A stretch of 64,000 nucleotides of DNA from Minisyncoccota bacterium (GCA_036517475.1 DATDVZ010000006.1:8226-72225), one strand, 5' to 3'; counted from the stretch's first letter, positions 1 through 8,884 are shown. Notes: a model not told the origin generated them from the letters alone. Numbers and translations: made by a program.

Positions 1-201
1 TGCCCTTGTAACTTTTATTAACCAAACCCGCCTGCACTAGACTCTTTGTATGTTGTGAAATGGTCTTTATATTTGTTCTTAATATCTCAGAGATATCCTC
101 AACTGAAATATCTTCGTTCTTTTCAATTAAAAGTAAGATATCTATTCTTCTGTGATTAGCAATTCCTTTAAAATGTCTTTCGAGTTGTTTTGAGTTTTTC
201 A
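1..201 (-). CDS. ArsR/SmtB-family winged-helix regulator (partial, runs off window start)
   Basis: Manual translation from ATG at 201: MKNSKQLERHFKGIANHRRIDILLLI...TISQHTKSLVQAGLV; fits the ArsR pattern; not in ORF track. Confidence 0.75.
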
Positions 202-218
202 TTTTTCCCTGCATATAT

Positions 219-252
219 CACATTCTAACATTCTGCAGAATGTTAGAATGTG
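219..252. repeat. 34-bp perfect palindrome, family copy 1
   Basis: CACATTCTAACATTCTG|CAGAATGTTAGAATGTG; related copy at 42793-42828. Confidence 0.9.
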
Positions 253-257
253 CTTAT

Positions 258-276
258 TGTGGATAATTGTGGATAA
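258..276 (-). promoter_or_regulatory. Two tandem DnaA-box consensus 9-mers (TTATCCACA)
   Basis: TGTGGATAA at 258-266 and 268-276. Confidence 0.45.
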
Positions 277-1284
277 TTATTTGCGGGTCAGGACTTTTTT
301 GACCGCTTCTATTATCCCCTTTTCACCCATATTATAGTGTTCAATAAGTTCTTCAGGAGTTCCACTTTGTCCGAACTGATCGTGTACTCCAATAAATTCT
401 TGGGGAACTGGGAAATTTTGAGACAGAAATTCTGCGACCGCTGAACCCATTCCCCCATTCACTTGATGTTCTTCTACTGTCACCACGTTGGGTGCGCGTT
501 TGACTGCTTCTAAAATTGTTTCTTCATCAAGAGGTTTTATGGTTGAAAGATTTATTACAATTGACCCAATCCCTTCTCCGCCAGCTGGCGGATTCTCGAG
601 TTGTTGTGCAGCAAGCAGGGCTTTGTAAACAAGTGCTCCACTCGCAATAATAGTTACTTGAGGATTTCCGCCAGCTGGAGGATCCCAAAATATTTGGGCC
701 TTGCCAATTTCAAATGGAGTTTCGGTTGTTGTCATTACTGGAGTTTTTTCTCGAGCGAGGCGGATGTAAACAGGAGTGTTGGTTTTTGCCGCTGCTATTG
801 TAGCCTTTTTGGCTTCAATCGCATCACAGGGTGAAATTACAACCATACGCGGAATAACACGCATTATAGCTATATCTTCAATGGCTTGGTGTGTCCCTCC
901 ATCAGGCCCAACTGATATGCCAGCGTGAGAGCCGGCAATTTTTACTGGCCTGTCGTTGTAGCAAATTGTTGTTCTAATCTGCTCCCAGTTTCTTCCAGGA
1001 GAAAACATTGCATATGATGATATGAAAGGAATTTTACCCATTGCTGCCATGCCACTTGCAACTCCGGCAAGGTTCTGCTCCGCCACACCAATCTGTACAA
1101 AGCGCTCTGGAAACTTCTTTGCAAAAAAATGCATTTGGGTGGACTCCGTGAGATCAGCGCAGAGTCCCACAACATTCTTATCTGCTTCCGCAGCAGCCAA
1201 AAGTCCTTCTCCAAAACCTTTTCTGATAGGAATTTGTTCGACATCTTTGTCAAAAACCTTTTGATTTAAGCTAAAATTTAACAT
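277..1284 (-). CDS. tktB: Transketolase, C-terminal (pyrimidine-binding) subunit
   Basis: GVAEQNL, GPDGGTHQAIED, EEHQVNGGMGSAV motifs; carries two PPAGG insertions. Confidence 0.93.
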   Translation of the reverse strand: MLNFSLNQKVFDKDVEQIPIRKGFGEGLLAAAEADKNVVGLCADLTESTQMHFFAKKFPERFVQIGVAEQNLAGVASGMAAMGKIPFISSYAMFSPGRNWEQIRTTICYNDRPVKIAGSHAGISVGPDGGTHQAIEDIAIMRVIPRMVVISPCDAIEAKKATIAAAKTNTPVYIRLAREKTPVMTTTETPFEIGKAQIFWDPPAGGNPQVTIIASGALVYKALLAAQQLENPPAGGEGIGSIVINLSTIKPLDEETILEAVKRAPNVVTVEEHQVNGGMGSAVAEFLSQNFPVPQEFIGVHDQFGQSGTPEELIEHYNMGEKGIIEAVKKVLTRK

Positions 1285-1292
1285 ACTAGATT

Positions 1293-2177
1293 TTATGTTA
1301 TTTGGTTTAAAGTTATTTCTACTCTTTTTAACGTTTCAATATATTTAGACAGTGGATCAATTAGCTGATCTAAATCAATTTCATTGCTCGTAAGAGTGTA
1401 TAACAAGAATTCAACTTTTTTCTTCAATCCAGTAACTAGATGCTTAAGAAAGTTTGCTGCCCTTGGATTATTTCTCACCAACTGAACAATCTCTTCAAGA
1501 GCTGAGAGACGCTGATCCCATCTTTTGTAGAAATCATTGCTTTCATATGAAAGATACTGACCACTCTCTGTATCTTCATTGTTATTATTAACATAATCCA
1601 AAATATAATTGTTTTGAGCTATCAAGTACTCTCTTACATATCCACCCTGAAGAGGTTCCATCAACAAAGAACCACTTAGAGATCCACCTGTGAGCCTTGT
1701 GAAATGCTCATTGAGGTCCTTAAGGTTACCTAACAAATTAATAACATGATTACTTTGTAAATCCACCGAATCCACTTGAAGCGGCTCCACGAGATTGAAT
1801 CCTAGACACCAATGCAACCTTTCTTTATCTGCTTTCTTAATTTTTTTGGGATCAAGTAATGCCAAATAAGATAGAAATGCATGAGGGTTTTCAAGTCGGA
1901 ATACAATTCGAGGTACATACCCTTTACCACCAAAAGTGGGTGTAGTAGCAATTTCTACGGCAAGTCCAATCCTCTCAAGATCGTTTGTGTATTTAGCCAC
2001 AAGTTCGTGGGCTTCAAGTGTTTCCTGAGATTCGATAATAACTTTTTCTGTATCGTCTGAAATCACTGGTGTTACTTGCGTAGCAACATGCAACTTAACG
2101 TAATTATCATTAAATTCTTTGATCATATCAAAAAAAACTGCGGGAGGAATGGTTTCTTTGAGAGTTTCTATTGACAT
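1293..2177 (-). CDS. Hypothetical protein, 294 aa
   Basis: Long ORF packed tightly in the operon; no recognisable motif. Confidence 0.7.
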   Translation of the reverse strand: MSIETLKETIPPAVFFDMIKEFNDNYVKLHVATQVTPVISDDTEKVIIESQETLEAHELVAKYTNDLERIGLAVEIATTPTFGGKGYVPRIVFRLENPHAFLSYLALLDPKKIKKADKERLHWCLGFNLVEPLQVDSVDLQSNHVINLLGNLKDLNEHFTRLTGGSLSGSLLMEPLQGGYVREYLIAQNNYILDYVNNNNEDTESGQYLSYESNDFYKRWDQRLSALEEIVQLVRNNPRAANFLKHLVTGLKKKVEFLLYTLTSNEIDLDQLIDPLSKYIETLKRVEITLNQIT

Positions 2178-2188
2178 ATTTATTGATT

Positions 2189-2518
2189 TTAACTTCTTAC
2201 CTTATTTTGAACCAAATAAGCAAAGCCCATGAAATATTCTTCCAAAGCAGATAATGAATCATTGTATTCCCTCCCACCAAGAATAGTGTCACAAAATACT
2301 TCCTTAGCTAACCCAATCTCGTGAAGACGGCTTCCCAATTTTGAATTTGAAAGCGTAAAATCAAAAAGCTCCAGTGCTCGCTCTACGGCGCTCCAAAAAT
2401 TTTGTTCATCTTTACCCTGCCACTTTGCCGCTCTGCCAACTTCAGAACCAATATTCGCCATTTGTTCAGGAACTGAAAACTTACCCCATCTCTTTTTTAA
2501 AATTTCTGAATGGTTCAT
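2189..2518 (-). CDS. Small helical hypothetical protein (partner of DUF5674 gene)
   Basis: RW..FS..EQMANIGSEV.RA motif; ATG at 2518 abuts upstream stop. Confidence 0.7.
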   Translation of the reverse strand: MNHSEILKKRWGKFSVPEQMANIGSEVGRAAKWQGKDEQNFWSAVERALELFDFTLSNSKLGSRLHEIGLAKEVFCDTILGGREYNDSLSALEEYFMGFAYLVQNKVRS

Positions 2519-2519
2519 A

Positions 2520-2873
2520 TTATTTAATAATAAGTCTATCAACTATTTTTCTGATTTTTTCTTGAACTTTTGAATCTTCAACATTTCTCGAGCGGTTGCC
2601 GGAGGCTGGTTTAAGGTTAATCATTGAGTCAAACTCAATGAATTCCTCTCCTAATCTATTTAAATAAAGATTAATCCCCCAAGTATTTTGCCCGCTAGAA
2701 TTTTCGACTTCCGATAGGAGAGTCTGCATATCTACATGGAATTCTCCGCCAACAGCCATTAAATTTTTCTCCACATCAGCTACTGCTTTGATCATATTAC
2801 CGAACTGTTTTGCGGCAATTTCTTTAAGTTCGGCTATTGTTATCGGTTCTTTAAGAATTTTGATTTCTTGCAT
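2520..2873 (-). CDS. DUF5674-family protein
   Basis: MIKAVADVE, GGEFH.D, WGINLY, IEFDSMINLKP..GNRSR motifs. Confidence 0.75.
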   Translation of the reverse strand: MQEIKILKEPITIAELKEIAAKQFGNMIKAVADVEKNLMAVGGEFHVDMQTLLSEVENSSGQNTWGINLYLNRLGEEFIEFDSMINLKPASGNRSRNVEDSKVQEKIRKIVDRLIIK

Positions 2874-2874
2874 G

Positions 2875-3774
2875 TTATTGATGTTCGCTTTGGATCTTTC
2901 CTCCTAGAGTTCGCAATTCATTAAGCGCGATCTTACCCTGCTCGGCTTTCGCCGGCTCGCCCTCAATATCTTGAATTCCCGGCGGAGTGCCATGCCATTT
3001 AAAGTCGCGCTCCATGTAAGAAACTCCTTTTCCCGGAATGGTGTGAGCAATAATTACACTTGGGTTTTCAAAAACAGCTTTTGCTTCATTAATTCCTCGG
3101 TGAATATCTTCAAAATTATGGCCGTCAATTTCTACAACATGCCAGTTTCTTGCACGCCATTTCTCTGCTAATGGTTCCAATGGCAACACATCCTCAGTAA
3201 AACCATCAATCTGGATATTGTTGCGGTCAATTATTCCAATTAAGTTTCGCAGATTAAGTTTCCCTGCTAAAAGTGCTGCCTCATATGTATTACCCGCTTC
3301 TTGTTCGGCATCACTCATAAGGCAATAAATTGTGCGGCTAGTATCAATACCATTATCCATTACATCAGCTATTGCCATGCCAACAGCCTGCGAAAGACCG
3401 GCACCAAGCGGTCCCGAGCTCGTCTCGAGCGAGGGAAGAAAATCTCGATGGGGATGACCTTGTAAGCGAGTGCCGAATTTGCGCAAAGTTTTTAACTCAT
3501 CAACCGGAAAATATCCAGCGTGTGCCATAGTGGAATAAAGCACAGGGCAGATGTGACCGTTGGAAAGTACTAGCCGATCACGCTCTGGCCAATCAGGATT
3601 TTCAGGGTCATGTTTAAGAGCTTCAAAATATAGATATGTAAAAATATCAGCCATTCCCAGAGGTCCGGCAGAATGGCCAGATTTTGCCTCAAGGAGCATT
3701 TCAATAATACTAACTCTTATATCATTTGCTTTTAGTTCTAGCTCTTTTATGCGAGTGTCGGAGAGTGAATCCAT
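2875..3774 (-). CDS. tktA: Transketolase, N-terminal (TPP-binding) subunit
   Basis: SGH, RDRLVLSNGH, LQGHP, SGPLGAG, IDRNNIQIDG motifs; ATG at 3774 preferred. Confidence 0.93.
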   Translation of the reverse strand: MDSLSDTRIKELELKANDIRVSIIEMLLEAKSGHSAGPLGMADIFTYLYFEALKHDPENPDWPERDRLVLSNGHICPVLYSTMAHAGYFPVDELKTLRKFGTRLQGHPHRDFLPSLETSSGPLGAGLSQAVGMAIADVMDNGIDTSRTIYCLMSDAEQEAGNTYEAALLAGKLNLRNLIGIIDRNNIQIDGFTEDVLPLEPLAEKWRARNWHVVEIDGHNFEDIHRGINEAKAVFENPSVIIAHTIPGKGVSYMERDFKWHGTPPGIQDIEGEPAKAEQGKIALNELRTLGGKIQSEHQ

Positions 3775-3824
3775 ATATAAATAATATACCAATCTACGAA
3801 TATAGGAATGAATACGAATAAGTA

Positions 3825-4574
3825 TTAAATTACTAACTCCTTAAACTCAGAAATAGTTTTGCGGATATTTTCACTCTGGAATATTGCTCCACCGATTATG
3901 AGGCGATTTGCACCAGCATCAATCACAGATTTTGCGTTTCCCAAATTTATGCCACCGTCAACGGAAATTATTAGATCATGAAACATAGAATGTAGAGCAT
4001 TTATTTTATCCAAAACCTCCAGTTCAAATGGGATACCTATTCCCTGAAAACCAATTTTGGAAATTGACATTAGCTGAATAAAATTTATATGAGTAATTAG
4101 AGGTTCTAAAACTTTAGTGTCAGTTTCCAAATTCAGTGCAATTCCCAACTCAATATTTATGTAACCAACGGCATATTTTTCTTTAAAATTTTTACAAAAA
4201 TTCAAAACTTTTTCTGGCCCATCAAAAGATTCGTAGTGAACAAGAACTCTTTTAGCGCCAGCAGAAATCCATTTTTGAATTTCCGCTTCTGGATTTTCAA
4301 CCATTAAATGGGTTTCAAACTCCAAATCCTGCCAAAACGGGAAACCTTCTTCCTCTTTTATAATTTTTATAAAATCCGGATCTAAATTCGTAACTTGGAC
4401 ATTCGATGTCCAAGTGGACATCGGATGTCCCTTAAATGGCCAGGTCAAATTCTTTGTAAACTTACCATCAGAAATATCAATTTGAACAAGAGGCGCTAAA
4501 CCAGAAACAAGTGAAAGCTTCTCTTTTAGATCAGAAAAACTTTTTGGAATTATTGCTGGAATAATTTCAACCAC
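3825..4574 (-). CDS. rpe: Ribulose-phosphate 3-epimerase
   Basis: QIDISDGKF, HLMV, SVDGGIN motifs; pentose-phosphate context. Confidence 0.88.
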   Translation of the reverse strand: MVEIIPAIIPKSFSDLKEKLSLVSGLAPLVQIDISDGKFTKNLTWPFKGHPMSTWTSNVQVTNLDPDFIKIIKEEEGFPFWQDLEFETHLMVENPEAEIQKWISAGAKRVLVHYESFDGPEKVLNFCKNFKEKYAVGYINIELGIALNLETDTKVLEPLITHINFIQLMSISKIGFQGIGIPFELEVLDKINALHSMFHDLIISVDGGINLGNAKSVIDAGANRLIIGGAIFQSENIRKTISEFKELVI

Positions 4575-4974
4575 GAGATTTTGAAAATAATTTTGAACTT
4601 ATATATAAGAAAAGGAGTGCTAACAAAAAGTAAAAACGGGGAATAAAGGGAGAAGATCCGGTTTCGCCTGAATGCCAGCCTGCCAGAGCAGCTAACAATA
4701 AAAAAACACCAGAAAAAATTAAAATAACAATTGCAAGGAGTATATTAACTGGCTTCCATTTTTTTTTAATGCCTATAGAAAGATTATTGTTGCTCTGCTC
4801 GGCATTCATAACCTTTTTTACCTGGTAATTAAGAAAATATGATACCAAACCACCAACTATAGAAACATGTAGAAATAAAATATTTAGACCGAAAATTATA
4901 TACGAGACAAAAATAATAACACTAATAACGTTAATAAATTTTGCAATATTTTTTTTACTCATGCGCTCGTTCAA
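4567..4974 (-). CDS. Hypothetical membrane protein (about 4 TM)
   Basis: Hydrophobic segments; overlaps neighbours in the operon. Confidence 0.6.
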   Translation of the reverse strand: MNERMSKKNIAKFINVISVIIFVSYIIFGLNILFLHVSIVGGLVSYFLNYQVKKVMNAEQSNNNLSIGIKKKWKPVNILLAIVILIFSGVFLLLAALAGWHSGETGSSPFIPRFYFLLALLFLYISSKLFSKSRG

Positions 4975-5425
4975 TTTTATTTATTCTTCTTTTATGCCGC
5001 TCGACTTCTGAAAAAGGGGTATCGAGCCACTGTCTAACTGCTTCTACTGCTTGATCGTTGCTAACAAAACGAGAACCAATTGCTAGAACATTTGCGTCAT
5101 TATGTTCTCGGCTAAGTTCAAGATTGGTAACGTTGCTGGAAAGAGACTGGGCATCAGCGTAATATAGCGCCGCCCTTACATGAGTAAAGCGATTTGCACA
5201 CATTGCCTCTCCTTGACCTGAACCACCGAGTATTATTCCTTTGACATTTTGAGGATTGCGGGAAACTTCTCTTGCAACCGGTATTACAAAATCCGGAAAG
5301 TCATCCCCTTCGTCATAATCAAATGCTCCCTTGTCCTCGACTTCATATCCACCCTCCTTTAGAAACTCAATGATTTGAGCTTTCTGAGATAAACCAGCGT
5401 GGTCTGACCCGATAAAAATCTTCAT
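4955..5425 (-). CDS. rpiB: Ribose-5-phosphate isomerase B (RpiB/LacA/LacB family)
   Basis: IGSDHAG, GGSGQGEAMCAN, REHNDANVL, ERHKRRI. Confidence 0.92.
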   Translation of the reverse strand: MKIFIGSDHAGLSQKAQIIEFLKEGGYEVEDKGAFDYDEGDDFPDFVIPVAREVSRNPQNVKGIILGGSGQGEAMCANRFTHVRAALYYADAQSLSSNVTNLELSREHNDANVLAIGSRFVSNDQAVEAVRQWLDTPFSEVERHKRRINKIERAHE

Positions 5426-5434
5426 TGTCTTATT

Positions 5435-6490
5435 TTACACCTGTCCTGTTTTTATAACATGTTCTACTAGCGTATAAGTGTACCCCATTTCATTATCATA
5501 CCAGGCGCAGACTTTGACGAGATTGCCACCGACTACACGCGTTAGGTTAAGATCAGCAATTGATCCGAACTTGCTTCCAATAATGTCAGAGGAAACTAGT
5601 TCTTCTTCTGTAACAGAAAATACATTCTGCCAACGCGGATCTTCTGCGGCATTTTTTAAAAATTGATTTATTTCTTCTACAGACGTATCACGTTTGGCAA
5701 TAAAAGTAATATCAACTAAGGAACCAGCTATCACTGGAACACGCATTGCTACACCATCAAATAAACCATTTAATTTTGTAAAAGCTTTAGTAACAGCAAT
5801 TGCGGCACCTGTGGAGGTCGGCACAATATTATGTCCTCCGGCTCTGCCTTCTCTAATATTGTGCTTGTTCGGGCTATCAACTGTCGGCTGGCTATTTGTG
5901 AGAGCATGAGCTGTGTTTAAGAGAGCTTTTTCAATCCCGATTGCCTCGTCAAGTATTGCAATAAGTGGGCTTGCTGCATTGGTGGTGCAAGAGGCATTGG
6001 AAGAAATATTACAAGTTGAAAGTTCACTCTCGTTTACTCCCATCAAAACTGTTGCTCCTGGAATTTCTGGAGATGGGTCATCCTTCATTGGCGCTGTAAC
6101 GACTACTTTTTTGGCCCCGGCATCTAAATGAGCTTTTGCAGTTTCATATGTTATAAAAAAACCAGTTGACTCCACCACTACATCAATATTCAAATCTTTC
6201 CACGGTAGGTTAGCAGGATCCTTTTCACTCAAATAGAGAATTTCCTTCTTTGCCTCGCCGGAGCTTTGCGAAGGCGGGTCCGTAATAATAATTTTTTTCT
6301 TATCATCACTAACTCTTACCTCAAATGGGGCGGTGCCGTACACAGTGTCGTGTTTAATTAAATATGCAATATTATCTGCATCCCCCAAATCATTCATCGC
6401 AACAAGTTCAATTTCACTGCGATCCTTTGCAATTTTTATAAAAGATCTTCCGATACGACCAGCACCATTTACAGCTACTCTGATTGCCAT
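5435..6490 (-). CDS. gap: Glyceraldehyde-3-phosphate dehydrogenase, type I
   Basis: NGAGRIGR, SNASCTTN, PTSTGAA, WYDNE.GY. Confidence 0.95.
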   Translation of the reverse strand: MAIRVAVNGAGRIGRSFIKIAKDRSEIELVAMNDLGDADNIAYLIKHDTVYGTAPFEVRVSDDKKKIIITDPPSQSSGEAKKEILYLSEKDPANLPWKDLNIDVVVESTGFFITYETAKAHLDAGAKKVVVTAPMKDDPSPEIPGATVLMGVNESELSTCNISSNASCTTNAASPLIAILDEAIGIEKALLNTAHALTNSQPTVDSPNKHNIREGRAGGHNIVPTSTGAAIAVTKAFTKLNGLFDGVAMRVPVIAGSLVDITFIAKRDTSVEEINQFLKNAAEDPRWQNVFSVTEEELVSSDIIGSKFGSIADLNLTRVVGGNLVKVCAWYDNEMGYTYTLVEHVIKTGQV

Positions 6491-6542
6491 ACTATTTAAA
6501 AGTAAAATTTGTAATGAATATATTATAACAAAAAAACCGCCC

Positions 6543-6740
6543 TCAACTATTAGGAGGACGGTTCTGACATGATGGACATGGAATCAATTTCCATTTTCTT
6601 TCCAGTAATGCCTTGCAACCAACTTTCCGATTCGGCGGGTAATCGCTATAACTGCGACAACATCCTTTAGTACATAAAACCTCAACCACTTTCCTTATTT
6701 CCCTTTTGCCATTACATTCAGAACATACTCTTTCTGACAT
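6543..6740 (-). CDS. Small Cys-rich (zinc-finger-like) protein
   Basis: CSEC...CPSC; SD AAGGAG; TTGACT-16-TATATT promoter at 6791-6818. Confidence 0.6.
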   Translation of the reverse strand: MSERVCSECNGKREIRKVVEVLCTKGCCRSYSDYPPNRKVGCKALLERKWKLIPCPSCQNRPPNS

Positions 6741-6917
6741 AACTTAATTCTCCTTTTCTAAGGCGGGATGAAAGAGTAATATCTTTTTATAATATATCAT
6801 AACTAATAAAAAAGTCAATATATGCAATAAACTCTTTCATTTAGACATTATTAGTAATTTAAGATGTTTCTATCAAGTAAAAAAATACTATTAGTAAAAA
6901 ACGAGCTTTCGCTCGTT

Positions 6918-7232
6918 TTAAGTCCTCGGCTCCATATTACCGCAACTCTCACATTTCCAGATATTTTCATGAGAGATCATAACTCCAGCAGGCTTAGTTG
7001 GATGCTGAAATCCTTTGATCGACTTCCCCATTGTCTCGCCACACTTCGGGCATTTCTTTGTTTCTTCTGGTGTTACTACTTGCTCGGGGGAAATTACCCC
7101 AGGATCGTAGAGCAGGCCGCATTTTTCGCATGCATGCAGTGATAAAAAAGCTCCTTGTGGTATCGGAAGTACTGAAAAAATTGCTATTTCAACAATTCTA
7201 ATCCTACCCCCACACAAACAGGTTTCTTTCAT
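6918..7232 (-). CDS. Double zinc-ribbon protein
   Basis: CLCG, CEKC, CPKC, CESC; SD AAGGAG before ATG 7232; promoter 7261-7288; hairpin + T-run downstream. Confidence 0.65.
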   Translation of the reverse strand: MKETCLCGGRIRIVEIAIFSVLPIPQGAFLSLHACEKCGLLYDPGVISPEQVVTPEETKKCPKCGETMGKSIKGFQHPTKPAGVMISHENIWKCESCGNMEPRT

Positions 7233-7386
7233 ACATCTCTCCTTGTAAAATCTAGTTTTGATACTACTGACCAATTTTGTATTGTCAACAATAAAACTAA
7301 AACATTACTTGGCGACCGGATCACCAAGTTGTTGGCTTTATACAAAAAAACGAGCTAGTGCTCGCTTTATCTTTCCTCACCTGATG

Positions 7387-7623
7387 TCAACTTGTAAGTG
7401 CATCAAGCTCGTTTTTGGTAAAACACTTGCCACACCCTTCGCATTGACGCTTCCAAGCTATGTTGTCCGGCCGCCTCATCATGAAGCCAAACATTCCCCT
7501 CATGGGAGGCTCAGTGGATGGAGTCCGTTCGATGAATTTGCTAACCTGGCCACCACAAACATTACATTTTTTGCCTGTAGGGCTGGGAACTTCTGCAAGC
7601 CGTGAGAGTACCTCGAATAGCAT
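7387..7623 (-). CDS. Small zinc-ribbon protein
   Basis: CNVC...CEGC; AAGGA upstream; terminator-like hairpin near 7344-7367. Confidence 0.6.
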   Translation of the reverse strand: MLFEVLSRLAEVPSPTGKKCNVCGGQVSKFIERTPSTEPPMRGMFGFMMRRPDNIAWKRQCEGCGKCFTKNELDALTS

Positions 7624-7693
7624 AAGAAATCCTTTATTTGGGTCCTAACCAATAACATCATATCTTATTAGAAAATGCAATCTCCAAAAACAT

Positions 7694-7723
7694 AATGGCC
7701 GCGCCCTTCGGGACACGGCCATT
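7694..7723 (-). terminator. Hairpin downstream of nrdB
   Basis: AATGGCCG...CGGCCATT stem. Confidence 0.5.
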
Positions 7724-7774
7724 TCGCGGACGCTGATCCTCATTCACTATTCGGTATTCCTTATTCCCTATTCG

Positions 7775-8791
7775 TTATTCTTTCTTTTCTTCCTTCTCTT
7801 CTTTTTTTTGTTCAGAAGCGCGTACATCCACTTCATAACTCGTATTTTGCGCTTCAAAGAAGTTTACCAGCTCAAATACATCAGTAGCGGCAGACATCCA
7901 TTTTGCAGGGTTTGTCGCCCCATAATGTTTAGAGAGGCCTAATTCCTCAAGCCGTCTGTCAGCAACGTATTGGACATATTGATTTACATACTCGCTGTTA
8001 AGACCAAGGATCCCATTTGGGAAAAGATCTTTATTGTAAGCAACTTCCAAGTCCACCCCCTCAGTTACAATATCTCTTATTTCTTTGGCAAAATCCTCAG
8101 TCACCAACTCTGAACTTTCTTCAAGAATATTATGAATTAAATTCATGCCAAACTTTAAATGCAGTGATTCATCGCGCAGGACCCAGTTAATCATTGAGCC
8201 GAAATTACGCAAAACATTTCTCTGCCTGAAAGAAAGAGCGACCATGAAACCGGAATAAAACCAGATACCCTCCATGACAATGTTGGTTGCCACTAAATTG
8301 CGGATAAAATCTCTTTTACCTTCCGGAGTTTCAACATCAAGAGTAACTTCAGTCATTCTTTTCATGTAGCGGTTAATGTAGTTTTCTTTAGCAAGCATAC
8401 TTGGCACATCAAGGTGAAGGTTGAAAATTTTATCTCTGTCAAAAAAAGGAAATGTTTCAAGTACGTATTCAAATGCCACGCAATGATTGGCTTCCTCCCA
8501 CATCTGCTTTGCAAGATATAAATGGCACTCCGGAGATTTTAAATATGGATAAATGCCAAGAGAAATTGAGCGGTTAACGATAAGCTCTGCAGGATTGAAA
8601 AATGCCATTAGGAATTTTACAGCATGGCGTTCATCATCAGTCATCTTCTCCCAGTCACCAATATCTTCTTTCAGAGCAATTTCATGAGGAAACCAAGTAT
8701 TGCGGACGGCCTGATTATATAAATCATAGGCCCACTGATATTTAATAGGGTGTAGAGATGTATCTTCGGGAGATGCTTTGCCGATGAGCAT
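7775..8791 (-). CDS. nrdB: Ribonucleotide reductase beta subunit, class Ic-like (R2c)
   Basis: EEANH, MEGIWFYSGF, RDESLH, NFFE; Phe at the radical-Tyr position. Confidence 0.92.
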   Translation of the reverse strand: MLIGKASPEDTSLHPIKYQWAYDLYNQAVRNTWFPHEIALKEDIGDWEKMTDDERHAVKFLMAFFNPAELIVNRSISLGIYPYLKSPECHLYLAKQMWEEANHCVAFEYVLETFPFFDRDKIFNLHLDVPSMLAKENYINRYMKRMTEVTLDVETPEGKRDFIRNLVATNIVMEGIWFYSGFMVALSFRQRNVLRNFGSMINWVLRDESLHLKFGMNLIHNILEESSELVTEDFAKEIRDIVTEGVDLEVAYNKDLFPNGILGLNSEYVNQYVQYVADRRLEELGLSKHYGATNPAKWMSAATDVFELVNFFEAQNTSYEVDVRASEQKKEEKEEKKE

Positions 8792-8884
8792 AATTAGAAA
8801 GAATTAAGAATAATGAATGATACGAATAATAAAACGTACTATAACACTAAAAACTAAAACTAAAAATAAAAATAAAAATAAAAA

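Noticed and set aside
6755-6845. TTCTAAGGCGGGATGAA resembling the right arm of the start-codon element
   Set aside because: No matching left arm and no credible downstream ORF; too degenerate to call
6530-7680. Integron cassette array
   Set aside because: No convincing attC (RYYYAAC...GTTRRRY) structures or integrase; the genes carry their own promoters
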